Origin: Hadesarchaea archaeon
Lineage (GTDB): Archaea; Hadarchaeota; Hadarchaeia; Hadarchaeales; WYZ-LMO6
Direction of reading: 5' to 3'
Length of the DNA: 24,804 bases
Assembly (NCBI GenBank): GCA_029259185.1
Contig: JAPDJF010000020.1
Span: 1-24,804 of the forward strand
The translations under genes were made by a program, and so were the position numbers. Below are positions 1 through 7,417 of this stretch, piece after piece; within the stretch, counting starts at the first letter, position 1, and each line of letters opens with the position of its first letter. A model generated the notes under the pieces. It did no database searches. It worked only from the letters and a program-made list of their open reading frames with translations, and was not told the origin of the DNA.

Positions 1-120
1 CAAACCTATCTTCAACTGTGATGGTGTATTTCGTCATCACAATAGGTTACTACAAACTACTATATATGCGCTCCACCTCTCATCTCCTCCCTTGCGGAAG
101 GGGACTTCCCGGCGGTGGAG
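1..120 (-). mobile_element. Left end of an IS200/IS605-family element running off the left window edge; second copy of the element at 21551-22345
   Basis: 3-125 is roughly 90% identical by eye to 22231-22350. On the minus strand: TTTAA | CTCCACC...AAGT-CCCCTTCC GCAA GGGAGGAG...GGTGGAG subterminal hairpin, then a TATA-like ATATATA and the start of a small ORF (MTKYTITVEDR, ATG at 37). Confidence 0.85.
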
Positions 121-139
121 TTAAATTCTTTCGTCCGGC

Positions 140-433
140 TTATTTCCACATGCCGAGCAACATACCCACGATGAAGCTCACCGAGCTGTATGGAATGATG
201 TCTTTCAAGGCCTCCCCCGTGTCCAAGATGTTTGGGAGAAAATCCATCGCTTTCTCGTACAGGTCGCTGAAAGAAATGCTCAGAGAACCTGTGACCGTGA
301 GTAAGACCACAAGCATCATCAAGAGGAGGGTCAACTTGGCCGTACGTTTCACTATCGCACCAAAGACCAAGCCTATCAGGAATGGAAGAACAATGGGGGC
401 CAACCAAGCCACTTCAGGCGGAGGAGACATCAT
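140..433 (-). CDS. Small membrane protein, FUN14-like
   Basis: 97 aa with 2-3 hydrophobic segments; G-x-x-x-G pattern followed by a basic patch (IGLVFGAIVKRTAK) and a C-terminal SFIVGMLLG resemble archaeal FUN14-type proteins. Confidence 0.6.
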   Translation of the reverse strand: MMSPPPEVAWLAPIVLPFLIGLVFGAIVKRTAKLTLLLMMLVVLLTVTGSLSISFSDLYEKAMDFLPNILDTGEALKDIIPYSSVSFIVGMLLGMWK

Positions 434-475
434 CTAACTCGGAGCGAAGTTTTAAAAATGTGAAAGGTCACGTAT

Positions 476-1063
476 TTGAGTGTATCTTTGGAGGAAACAA
501 TCAAGAATTTGGTCAAGGCCTTCATAGACGAAAGCCAAGCCAGAAACCGTTACACCCTCTACGCGAAGGTGGCCAAGAAGGAGGGTTACGAGCAGATAGC
601 GGAGATCTTCTCCATGACGGCAGAGAACGAGAGGGAGCATGCTAGCACGCTGTTCAAACTCATAAACGAGCTCACGAAAGGAAAGGTGAACGCGGTGAAG
701 GTTGAAGCGGAAGCTCTGTTGACACTCTCCACTACGGCCGAAAACTTGAAGGCCGCGATAGCCGGAGAAAATCACGAGCACACCCAGTTGTATCCCCGGT
801 TTGCGGACGTAGCCGAGAGAGAGGGTCTAAAAGAGATCGCGGACAGGTTGAGAGCCATAGCCAGAGCTGAGGAGCACCATGAGGAAAGATACAAGAAATT
901 GTTGAAGGAGATCGAGGCTGGAACAGTTTTCAGAAAGGAGAAGGAAGTATGGTGGGTGTGCAGGGAATGTGGGTATGTCCACTTCGGGAGAGAGCCACCC
1001 GAGAGATGTCCTTCCTGTGATCATCCCAAGAGTTATTTTCAGCCCAGGTTCGAGCAATATTAG
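476..1063 (+). CDS. rbr: Rubrerythrin
   Basis: [30 protein letters not shown] di-iron ExxH motifs; C-terminal rubredoxin-like CRECG...CPSC; TTTTAAAAA at 450-458. Confidence 0.95.
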   Translation: MSVSLEETIKNLVKAFIDESQARNRYTLYAKVAKKEGYEQIAEIFSMTAENEREHASTLFKLINELTKGKVNAVKVEAEALLTLSTTAENLKAAIAGENHEHTQLYPRFADVAEREGLKEIADRLRAIARAEEHHEERYKKLLKEIEAGTVFRKEKEVWWVCRECGYVHFGREPPERCPSCDHPKSYFQPRFEQY

Positions 1064-1083
1064 GAGGATGTGGAGGGAAAGGG

Positions 1084-1461
1084 TTGACGAAGAAGTGGCA
1101 AGTCTACAGGTGTAACGTGTGTGGAAACATCGTAATGGTCATGAGAGCGGGGAATGGGGAACTCGTCTGTTGTGGACAACCCATGGAACTCCTGGAGGAG
1201 AAAACGGGAGATCTAGCTCTTGAAAAGCATGTTCCGGTGATCGAGAAAACAGATACAGGTGTGAGGGTCAAAGTCGGTTCGATCCCCCATCCGATGGAGG
1301 AGAAGCATTACATCGAGTGGATCGAGTTGAGCGCTGATGGAAAAATTTACATGAAGTTCCTAAAGCCGGGTGAGGTGCCGGAGGCAGGGTTCGATATAAA
1401 AGCGGAGAAATTTTTGGCGAGAGAGTATTGTAGCGTTCACGGGCTATGGAAGTCTGGTTAG
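1084..1461 (+). CDS. dfx: Desulfoferrodoxin (2Fe superoxide reductase)
   Basis: N-terminal CNVCGN...LVCCGQPM desulforedoxin domain; [17 protein letters not shown] and YCSVHGLW motifs. Confidence 0.95.
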   Translation: MTKKWQVYRCNVCGNIVMVMRAGNGELVCCGQPMELLEEKTGDLALEKHVPVIEKTDTGVRVKVGSIPHPMEEKHYIEWIELSADGKIYMKFLKPGEVPEAGFDIKAEKFLAREYCSVHGLWKSG

Positions 1462-1656
1462 AGGATTTGCGAATCTTCACTCGGATCGTTCCAATGGATG
1501 GAGTCTGGCGTGAAACTGATCCCAGTCCCGAAGACGGACGTCTGAGTATGGAGAGCTGGCTCGATTCTCGAGTTATCGGCGTGCGTTGGTAGGAGGTGGA
1601 AAAAGATTTTGTTCCTCGTTGGGGTGAGGGATAGAACGAGGTCGGGTAAAGATGTC

Positions 1657-2292
1657 GTGGAATCCAGGGTTGAGACGTTGTTGAGATCCCTCAGAGGGTT
1701 GATGAAGGGAGAGGTGAAAAGAGCCGTGGATTCCCGCTTGAAAGAGTTCAAGAGACTCAGAAGGGGGAGTAATGAAGAAATTTTCAAGGAGCTCTGTTTC
1801 TGCATCTTGACAGCGAACTTCAGCGCTGAAAGGAGCGCAGAAATCCAGCGGGAGGTGGGTCAAGGATTTTTGACCCTAGGGGTAGCGGAACTCGCTGAGA
1901 AGTTGAAAAAACTCGGCCACCGATATCCCAATGTCAGAGCCGAATATATCGTTGAGGCTAGGAAATACGTGGATTCGCTGGGAAAGACGCTCGGCGACCT
2001 GAGGGGTGAGGAGCGGAGGGAATGGTTGGTCAAAAACGTGAGGGGACTCGGGTACAAAGAGGCGAGTCACTTCTTGAGAAACATGGGGTTTACAGACTTT
2101 GCGATTTTGGATTTTCACGTGCTTGACTTGCTAAGGGAGTATGGCGTCATCGATAGATGTGGCCCCTTGAGGAAACGAAGGTACCTCGAGATCGAGAACT
2201 CGTTGAGGAAGATCGGGGAAAAGCTGGGGCTGAATTTAGCCGAATTGGACTTATACCTCTGGTACATGAAAACCGGGAGGATCGTGAAGTGA
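1657..2292 (+). CDS. ogg: 8-oxoguanine N-glycosylase/DNA lyase (Ogg, HhH family)
   Basis: ELCFCILTANFSA and LVKNVRGLGYKEASHFLRNMG...AILD HhH motif; LDLYLWYMKTG C-terminus. Start uncertain (GTG 1657 chosen; the ORF is open from 1609). Confidence 0.9.
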   Translation: MESRVETLLRSLRGLMKGEVKRAVDSRLKEFKRLRRGSNEEIFKELCFCILTANFSAERSAEIQREVGQGFLTLGVAELAEKLKKLGHRYPNVRAEYIVEARKYVDSLGKTLGDLRGEERREWLVKNVRGLGYKEASHFLRNMGFTDFAILDFHVLDLLREYGVIDRCGPLRKRRYLEIENSLRKIGEKLGLNLAELDLYLWYMKTGRIVK

Positions 2293-2368
2293 GGTGGACT
2301 ACCCAACCCGCATAAAAAGGGTAAAAAGATAAAAGGATTCCAAGCAATAAATTAAAGGCCGAGGTTTC

Positions 2369-2647
2369 ATGGGGGAAAAGAGCGAAGATAGGACTAAGGT
2401 CAAGAAAGTAGTTCTAGACATCCTGAAACTCCTGGACATGCCACTGGTGGAATTCGCCAGAGAACTGAACGGACTCGACAACATCCGAAGGGTAGATCTC
2501 CTAGTCCAAGAGATGGATCGAAAAACCGAGACGGTGAAGGCCACAGTGGAGGGTGCGAACATAAACCTCGAACTCCTGAGGAAGAAAATAGAGGGAATGG
2601 GAGGAACCATCCACTCCGTCGATCAGGTAGTGACTGAAAAGGATTGA
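2369..2647 (+). CDS. DUF211 family protein
   Basis: VVLDILK...EMDRKTE...EG...IEGMGGTIHSVDQV pattern; customary partner of the downstream VIT1 gene. Confidence 0.85.
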   Translation: MGEKSEDRTKVKKVVLDILKLLDMPLVEFARELNGLDNIRRVDLLVQEMDRKTETVKATVEGANINLELLRKKIEGMGGTIHSVDQVVTEKD

Positions 2648-2648
2648 A

Positions 2649-3221
2649 ATGTTCGAGAAGATCAGGAGTTACCTCTCGCTCTTGCGGGCGGAGCAGATCC
2701 TCCGGAGGTATTGGGTGGTGAACAGTTTCGATGGGATTCTCATCGTGCTTGGTGTACTATTCGGGTCCCGTGCGGCGGGTGTACTGGATGCCTCCTCGAT
2801 CATCCACATCACGATGGCGGGAGCGGTGGCCATGTTCATCTCGGGTTTCTTCGGATGTTATCTCGCGGAGAAGGCTGAGCGTGAGAGAGAGGTCAGGGAG
2901 TTCGAGGGCGCGATACTGAAGAAACTTGACAAGTCTATGATCCACGATGCTTCCACTAAGGTGCCATTGTTCATCGCATTGGTGGATGGGCTCTCCCCTT
3001 TGGTCTCGGTGATCATAATCATCTCCCCGTTTTTCTTCTCATCGATCATAGGTGCCACGCTGGCGTTTTACATCTCGGTGATCTTGGCAGTCTCCCTCCT
3101 ATTCGTGCTCGGATGTTTTTTGGGGAAGCTTTCGGGTACGAGGATTTTGGTCGGCGGGTTGAAGATGGTTCTGGTGGCATTGTTCGTGATAGCGTTGATG
3201 CTCCTGTTCGGTCTGATGTGA
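2649..3221 (+). CDS. VIT1/CCC1-family membrane protein (Fe/Mn transporter-like)
   Basis: RRYWVVNSFDGIL, AMFISGFFGCYLAEKAERERE; about 5 TM segments; 1 bp from the DUF211 gene. Confidence 0.85.
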   Translation: MFEKIRSYLSLLRAEQILRRYWVVNSFDGILIVLGVLFGSRAAGVLDASSIIHITMAGAVAMFISGFFGCYLAEKAEREREVREFEGAILKKLDKSMIHDASTKVPLFIALVDGLSPLVSVIIIISPFFFSSIIGATLAFYISVILAVSLLFVLGCFLGKLSGTRILVGGLKMVLVALFVIALMLLFGLM

Positions 3222-3272
3222 TCGAAGATTCTCCAAAATTGGGAAGATAATTCGGATGGTGACGGTGGGGTG

Positions 3273-3431
3273 TTAGTACCGTTTCCTGTGACGTTCCCAA
3301 CACTCTCTACAGTACACAGGCCTGCCTTCGGTCGGCCTGAAGGGGACTTCGCACTCTTTCCCGCAGTCGGAACATATAGCCTTGTGCATTTGCCTCGGCC
3401 TGAAGCCCCGGTAGGAACCTCTGCTTCTCAT
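3273..3431 (-). CDS. CxxC-x17-CxxC zinc-ribbon protein (52 aa; below the ORF-track cutoff)
   Basis: Manual translation: MRSRGSYRGFRPRQMHKAICSDCGKECEVPFRPTEGRPVYCRECWERHRKRY*, with exactly 17 residues between the CxxC pairs; AAGGAGGT ribosome-binding site upstream. Confidence 0.92.
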   Translation of the reverse strand: MRSRGSYRGFRPRQMHKAICSDCGKECEVPFRPTEGRPVYCRECWERHRKRY

Positions 3432-3457
3432 TCTCGCTAACCTCCTTCTCTCTTTTT

Positions 3458-3557
3458 GGATATACCAGAAGAAACGTTTCGTTTCTCCAATGGGTCACTG
3501 GCTCGAGGCTCAGAAACCCAGTATATCCTATCTCTCTTTCATCGCATCGTATAAAAA
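3458..3557 (-). promoter_or_regulatory. TATA box (TTTTTATA, 3550-3557) and structured 5' leader of the CxxC-x17-CxxC gene
   Basis: Closing stem GGAUAUAC/GUAUAUCC (3521-3528 with 3458-3465) encloses UGGGU..ACCCA and AGAAACG-AAA-CGUUUCU hairpins. Confidence 0.6.
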
Positions 3558-3602
3558 CCCTTCATGTGGAGGGGCTTTACACCGCAAAAGTTAAATTGAC
3601 TC

Positions 3603-3875
3603 GTGACCTCCTCCCCTCGCTTTCGCAGGGGGCTTCCGGTTGTCCTCTGCACGCCATTGCCGGCAGGACTTTCGGGCGCGGTCACTCCACCGTGGGTGCT
3701 CACGGTAGCGCCCCCGGCGGTTCGGATATACCGAGCCGCCTCAGTCAGGTTCCGACCAGCCTTGCGGCTTTCGCCCGATGCACTTCTATTTCGGAGAGTT
3801 GACCGCCAAGCGAGTTTGACGCCTGCTGGGTGGCGTTCTCCGAAGCCCACGCCCCGTGCGAGAGGGGCATGTTGA
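3603..3875 (-). ncRNA. Putative ~270-nt multi-branched RNA (omegaRNA-like position)
   Basis: Stems CAUGCCCC/GGGGCGUG, UUCGGAGA/UCUCCGAA, and UCGGGCG/CGCCCGA enclosing four hairpins including AGCC-GCAA-GGCU; G-U wobbles favour the minus strand. Confidence 0.55.
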
Positions 3876-3977
3876 TCTCCTTCGGAACCTAACCGGCCAT
3901 TGGTTTGTTGTTTCTCCGTAAATATATCCGCCTCGCTAACCCCTCCATTTCGGAAAGGGACTGCGCTCTGCATTGAG
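3603..3977 (-). mobile_element. Non-autonomous IS200/IS605-derived element (PATE-like, ~375 bp) with structured RNA cargo
   Basis: Right end GAAG-CCCCCTGCGAAAGCGAGGGG-AGGAGG-TCAC, resembling the right end at 21551; left-end hairpin CCCTTTCCGAAATGGAGGGG near 3940-3960, resembling the other left ends; no transposase or tnpB ORF. Confidence 0.75.
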
Positions 3978-4144
3978 TTCAAACCGAGTGGGATCACGCT
4001 TAAGTCCTCGAAAGGGATTACCGGACAAAAAAGCACAATGTTATGAAAGACGTTTCGGCCCTTTATGATTGAATTTCTCTATGCGCAGATTTCTTAAATT
4101 CATCAAAGCTCAATAATCTTGAGGAGAATCCGGTTAAGGAAAAA

Positions 4145-4172
4145 TTTAAATATTTCAAAAATTTTTTAAATA
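4145..4172 (+). promoter_or_regulatory. TATA box plus palindromic operator (candidate ArsR site)
   Basis: TTTAAATA at 4145-4152; TATTTCAAAAA|TTTTTTAAATA (4151-4172, 1 mismatch) lies between the TATA box and ATG 4178. Confidence 0.55.
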
Positions 4173-4177
4173 CTAGA

Positions 4178-5191
4178 ATGAGAAAAGGGCTTTTAACATT
4201 TGGTCTGATGTTTTTTGGACTCATCACCATCGTGTACCCCAAGGTCACGGGTTCCCCCCTAACACCTGTCTTTGCGTATGGAAAGTTGGACGGGTACCCT
4301 GTGTGGGAGATCCCTTTCGTTTACATCTTCAGCTACGCAACTCGTGCGTGGGGCGCATTGCTTTTTGCTTTCATGCTCGGAGGATTCTTCTCGGCCTTCA
4401 TCCCAAGGGAGAGAATGATGCGGTATTTCTCAAGCAAAAGGATAGAGAACTATTTTTTTGCCGCCGTTTTGGCACCCGTATTCACCGTTTGTTCGTGTGC
4501 TATGATACCAATCTTTGGAGGGATAATGATGGCGGGAGCGGGTGTGGGTCCTGCAATATCTTTCTTACTGATGGCACCCGCTGCGAACGTTATGGCGTTG
4601 GTCTTCACCTCCGAAATAATATCCGCCAAGCTCGCACTCGCGAGATTCATGTTTTCATTCATTGGTGCAATTATCATCGGGGCGGCGGTGGCCCGAACCT
4701 CATGGGGTCGGAGTGTGGAGGAAAAGTTCGGGAGGACGGCCTCTGAGCGGGCGGTGGAAATCGAACGGATGGGGTTCGACGAGAAATGCTGGGAAGCGGG
4801 GAGGGTGGCTTGGGATCTCGTCAAGCGGGTCGTTCCCTACTTGCTGGTTGGAGTATTCTTCGTCTCTTACATCGAGGCTTACCTTCCCGAGGATGTGGTG
4901 GCGAAGTGGTTGACTGGGATCAAGGGTGTGGTGTTGGGGGGAGTCTTAGGAGTTCCCACCTACACACCGACGCTAGTAGAGGTATTTTTCACCAAGTCCC
5001 TCTTAAACTTGGGGATGGCTCCCGCTGCCGCTTTGGCTTTCCTGATAGGCGCTCCCATGGCCTCCGTTCCTTCCATGCTGGGGGTTTCACGTATCGTGGG
5101 GTGGAGAGTCGTCGGTACGTATGCGTCTCTTGCAATAATCATGGCGATAATGTCTGGTTTGTGTTACTTAGCACTGGGGGTGGGATTGTAG
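4178..5191 (+). CDS. ArsP/DUF318-family permease
   Basis: Multiple TM segments; PVFTVCSCAMIP, AISFLLMAP, AFLIGAPMASVP; clustered with ArsR and thioredoxin genes. Confidence 0.88.
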   Translation: MRKGLLTFGLMFFGLITIVYPKVTGSPLTPVFAYGKLDGYPVWEIPFVYIFSYATRAWGALLFAFMLGGFFSAFIPRERMMRYFSSKRIENYFFAAVLAPVFTVCSCAMIPIFGGIMMAGAGVGPAISFLLMAPAANVMALVFTSEIISAKLALARFMFSFIGAIIIGAAVARTSWGRSVEEKFGRTASERAVEIERMGFDEKCWEAGRVAWDLVKRVVPYLLVGVFFVSYIEAYLPEDVVAKWLTGIKGVVLGGVLGVPTYTPTLVEVFFTKSLLNLGMAPAAALAFLIGAPMASVPSMLGVSRIVGWRVVGTYASLAIIMAIMSGLCYLALGVGL

Positions 5192-5569
5192 GTGGTGAGG
5201 CTGAAAAGGAGATTCGTGATTCCCGAAGAGATCCGAGTGGAAGTCGAAGAAAAAGGAGGGTTCGAGCAGATCGTCCAGGGGCTTCCTCGGGATGAGATGA
5301 GGGTGGTGACCAAGGTCATAGACACCCTCTCGGATCCCCAACGGGTGAAGATCCTTTATGCACTGGCACGCCAGCGGATGTGCGTTTGTATGTTGAGGAG
5401 GGTAATTGGGAGCTCCTACCCTAGATGCTCGTACCATCTCTCCAAACTCAAGAGAGGTGGGCTCGTGCGTTCCGAGCGTTTGGGGAATTACTTCATATAT
5501 TCTCTCACCCCTTTTGGGAAGAGCATAGTCAAGCACTTTAGGAAGTACAGACCGGAGGTGAGAACATGA
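5192..5569 (+). CDS. ArsR/SmtB family transcriptional regulator
   Basis: LSDPQRVKILYAL..MCVC..SYHLSKLKRGGLV..Y.LT winged HTH; start at 5192 or 5195. Confidence 0.9.
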   Translation: MVRLKRRFVIPEEIRVEVEEKGGFEQIVQGLPRDEMRVVTKVIDTLSDPQRVKILYALARQRMCVCMLRRVIGSSYPRCSYHLSKLKRGGLVRSERLGNYFIYSLTPFGKSIVKHFRKYRPEVRT

Positions 5570-5796
5570 AAATAGAGGTGTTAGGAATGGGCTGTCCCAA
5601 GTGCAGGAAAGTGGAGGAAAACGCTAGGAAAGCTGTGAAAGAGCTGGGGATAAAGGCGGAAGTCTCCCACGTATACGATGCTGTCGAGATAGCGAGGAGG
5701 GGAATAGTTTCAACACCTGCACTGGTGGTGAATGGGAAGGTTAAAGTGGCGGGAAGGGTTCCGACCGTGGATGAGATAAAGCGATTTTTGAAATAG
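5566..5796 (+). CDS. Small redox-active disulfide protein (MTH895-type thioredoxin)
   Basis: MKIEVLGMGCPKC...STPALVVNG...GRVP; ATGA overlap with the ArsR gene. Confidence 0.92.
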   Translation: MKIEVLGMGCPKCRKVEENARKAVKELGIKAEVSHVYDAVEIARRGIVSTPALVVNGKVKVAGRVPTVDEIKRFLK

Positions 5797-5835
5797 GATC
5801 TGAAGTCGGTTTCCCCTTGTGAACCGATGGATTTT

Positions 5836-6003
5836 GTGAACTACCCTCCCTCACGGAAGGGACTCCTCCGACCGCACCTTCACAGCTTGGGGAACTCCAG
5901 CACGGGATCCCTTTACGGAGACCTCTGTCCCAGAGGCGTCCCCGACAAAGATTGCGGGCTCTCATCCCCTCCCTTTCGGAAGGGAACCTCCCGCCCGCAT
6001 CAG
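5836..6003 (-). mobile_element. 168-bp IS200/IS605-derived miniature element (left end + degenerate omegaRNA + right end)
   Basis: Minus strand: TTTAA|CTGATGCGGGC...CCCTTCCGAAAGGGAGGGGATGAGAGCCCGC (left end) ... CCCTTCCGTGAGGGAGGGTAGTTCAC (right end; terminal GGGTAGTTCAC shared with 21551-21561). Confidence 0.8.
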
Positions 6004-6032
6004 TTAAATTTTAGGGATTACCTAAATTTTAA
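6004..6032 (+). promoter_or_regulatory. TATA-overlapping inverted repeat, candidate DtxR/MntR operator
   Basis: TTAAATTTTAGG-GATTA-CCTAAATTTTAA (12-bp arms, 1 mismatch) directly before ATG 6034; TTAGG...CCTAA half-sites are typical of DtxR-family boxes. Confidence 0.7.
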
Positions 6033-6033
6033 G

Positions 6034-6465
6034 ATGGGGGAATTGACTGTAACCGAGAATGAGGCTAGGTACCTCAAGCTTATCTACAGACAGCAGCATG
6101 AGGAGTCCAGGAGAGTGAAGACAACCTCTTTAGCCAAGTTCTTCGGGATCCAGCCAGCCAGCGTAACAGAGGCTCTCCAGAACCTCTCTAGGAAAAAGCT
6201 CGTTGTTTACCACCGGTATCGGGGGGTTGAACTCACTCCCGAAGGTGTTACGCTAGCTCAGAGGCTCTTGAGGAACCACCGAATCCTTGAAGTCTTCCTG
6301 ACGAAATTCTTGGGGCATGATAAGGAGAGAGCCTGCCAAGAGGCCTCTAGGCTGGATTACCACGTCTCCGAGGAACTCATCAACTCCATATGTCGAGTCT
6401 ACGGACACCCCCGCCTCTGCCCTTGTAACAAAACGATCTTTCCAAATCCCAAGTGTGAGAGGTGA
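6034..6465 (+). CDS. DtxR/MntR family metal-dependent transcriptional regulator
   Basis: YLKLIY, PASVTEALQNL, YRGVELTPEG, RNHRILEVFL, GHPRLCP; true start ATG 6034 (the upstream open frame is the mobile element). Confidence 0.92.
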   Translation: MGELTVTENEARYLKLIYRQQHEESRRVKTTSLAKFFGIQPASVTEALQNLSRKKLVVYHRYRGVELTPEGVTLAQRLLRNHRILEVFLTKFLGHDKERACQEASRLDYHVSEELINSICRVYGHPRLCPCNKTIFPNPKCER

Positions 6466-6470
6466 AGTGA

Positions 6471-7301
6471 GTGATAGCCGAAGCCCTGTGCGAAACCGTT
6501 CAGATCCTAGCCATGGTGTTTGTTCTGATGACGGTGATCGAGTACTTCGAACTCCGGACTCAGAGGCGCGTGAGCAGATGGATGACCCGGGAGCCGCTGA
6601 GGCAGTATCTCCTCGCCTCTTTCCTAGGGGCTACTCCAGGTTGTGTTGGGGCTTTTGCCTGCGTTTCGCTCTACGTGCATGGATTCCTGAGCATGGGGGC
6701 GATAACAGCTTGTATGATCTCCACCTCGGGAGACGAAGCGTTCGTGATGTTAGCGAAGTTTCCTCTGGTTGCGCTGGTACTATTTATCCTGTTGTTTGTG
6801 CTCGGGGTCTTGGGTGGTTTCTTGATGGACTCGATCGTTCGGAGATTCGGGATAACCAAAGACAAAGAGTGCGTGATCGAAGTCCATCGTCTCGAACGCG
6901 CGCGCGCCAGACATCGCCACTTCATGAAAGAGCACGTTTTCGAACACATCATCAAGCAACACCTCCCTAAACTCTTCGCTTGGGTTTTCGGGGCTCTGCT
7001 CGTGATCCATCTCATCCCGAACTTGGAGTCCACCATCTCGCATCTCCCTACACCTATGCTGATTTTCTCAGCCGCTGTGGTTGGGTTGGTGCCTGGCTCC
7101 GGGCCCCACATCCCGTTCGTGCTTCTCTTCGCAGATGGAACTATTCCATTCTCCGTGTTGTTGACGAGCTCAGTGGTCCAAGACGGACATGGCATGCTCC
7201 CGCTGCTTTCTTACACTATGCGAGACTCGGCGATAGTGAAAGCGTTCAATCTGGTCTACGGCTTACTCGTTGGAACGGTGGCAGCCCTAGTGTTCGGTTG
7301 A
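6471..7301 (+). CDS. Putative manganese/heavy-metal transporter (DUF2899/ArsP_2-type)
   Basis: LGATPGCVGAF, ISTSGDEAFVM, His-rich loop, PGSGPH, VQDGHGMLPLL; directly follows the DtxR gene. Confidence 0.82.
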   Translation: MIAEALCETVQILAMVFVLMTVIEYFELRTQRRVSRWMTREPLRQYLLASFLGATPGCVGAFACVSLYVHGFLSMGAITACMISTSGDEAFVMLAKFPLVALVLFILLFVLGVLGGFLMDSIVRRFGITKDKECVIEVHRLERARARHRHFMKEHVFEHIIKQHLPKLFAWVFGALLVIHLIPNLESTISHLPTPMLIFSAAVVGLVPGSGPHIPFVLLFADGTIPFSVLLTSSVVQDGHGMLPLLSYTMRDSAIVKAFNLVYGLLVGTVAALVFG

Positions 7302-7417
7302 CTCTGGATGGAATCCCGTTCTCCCCGTCCCCCTGCTCAAAAATTTTAAATCTAGCCGAAAACAATTAATCTATTGGAAACTTCTCTAGAGCCGCCTCTG
7401 GACTAGGAGGTGGTTCC

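Noticed and set aside
239-249. 11-nt match (AAAATCCATCG) to the predicted guide of the 5836 element
   Set aside because: Short and not preceded by TTTAA; treated as chance.
18-437. 139-aa plus-strand ORF sharing MMVYFVITIGY with ORF 22075-22281
   Set aside because: The shared peptide is only the antisense reading of the repeated IS left end; the rest is a shadow of the membrane protein gene.
1276-1286. tRNA T-loop-like GGTTCGATCCC
   Set aside because: Inside dfx coding sequence; no cloverleaf.
1462-1656. Expected rubredoxin gene after dfx
   Set aside because: No CxxC pairs found in the plus-strand frames read.
3307-3498. 63-aa ORF from the track
   Set aside because: Wrong frame; the real gene is the 52-aa CxxC-x17-CxxC ORF at 3273-3431.
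3745-3870. 41-aa ORF MPLSHGAWASEN... with an AAGGAG site inside the element, and the 165-aa ORF 3539-4036
   Set aside because: No recognisable motif and the region is better explained by RNA structure; not fully excluded.
5827-6033. N-terminal extension of the DtxR ORF
   Set aside because: Consists of the mini-element and operator; DtxR homology starts at ATG 6034.
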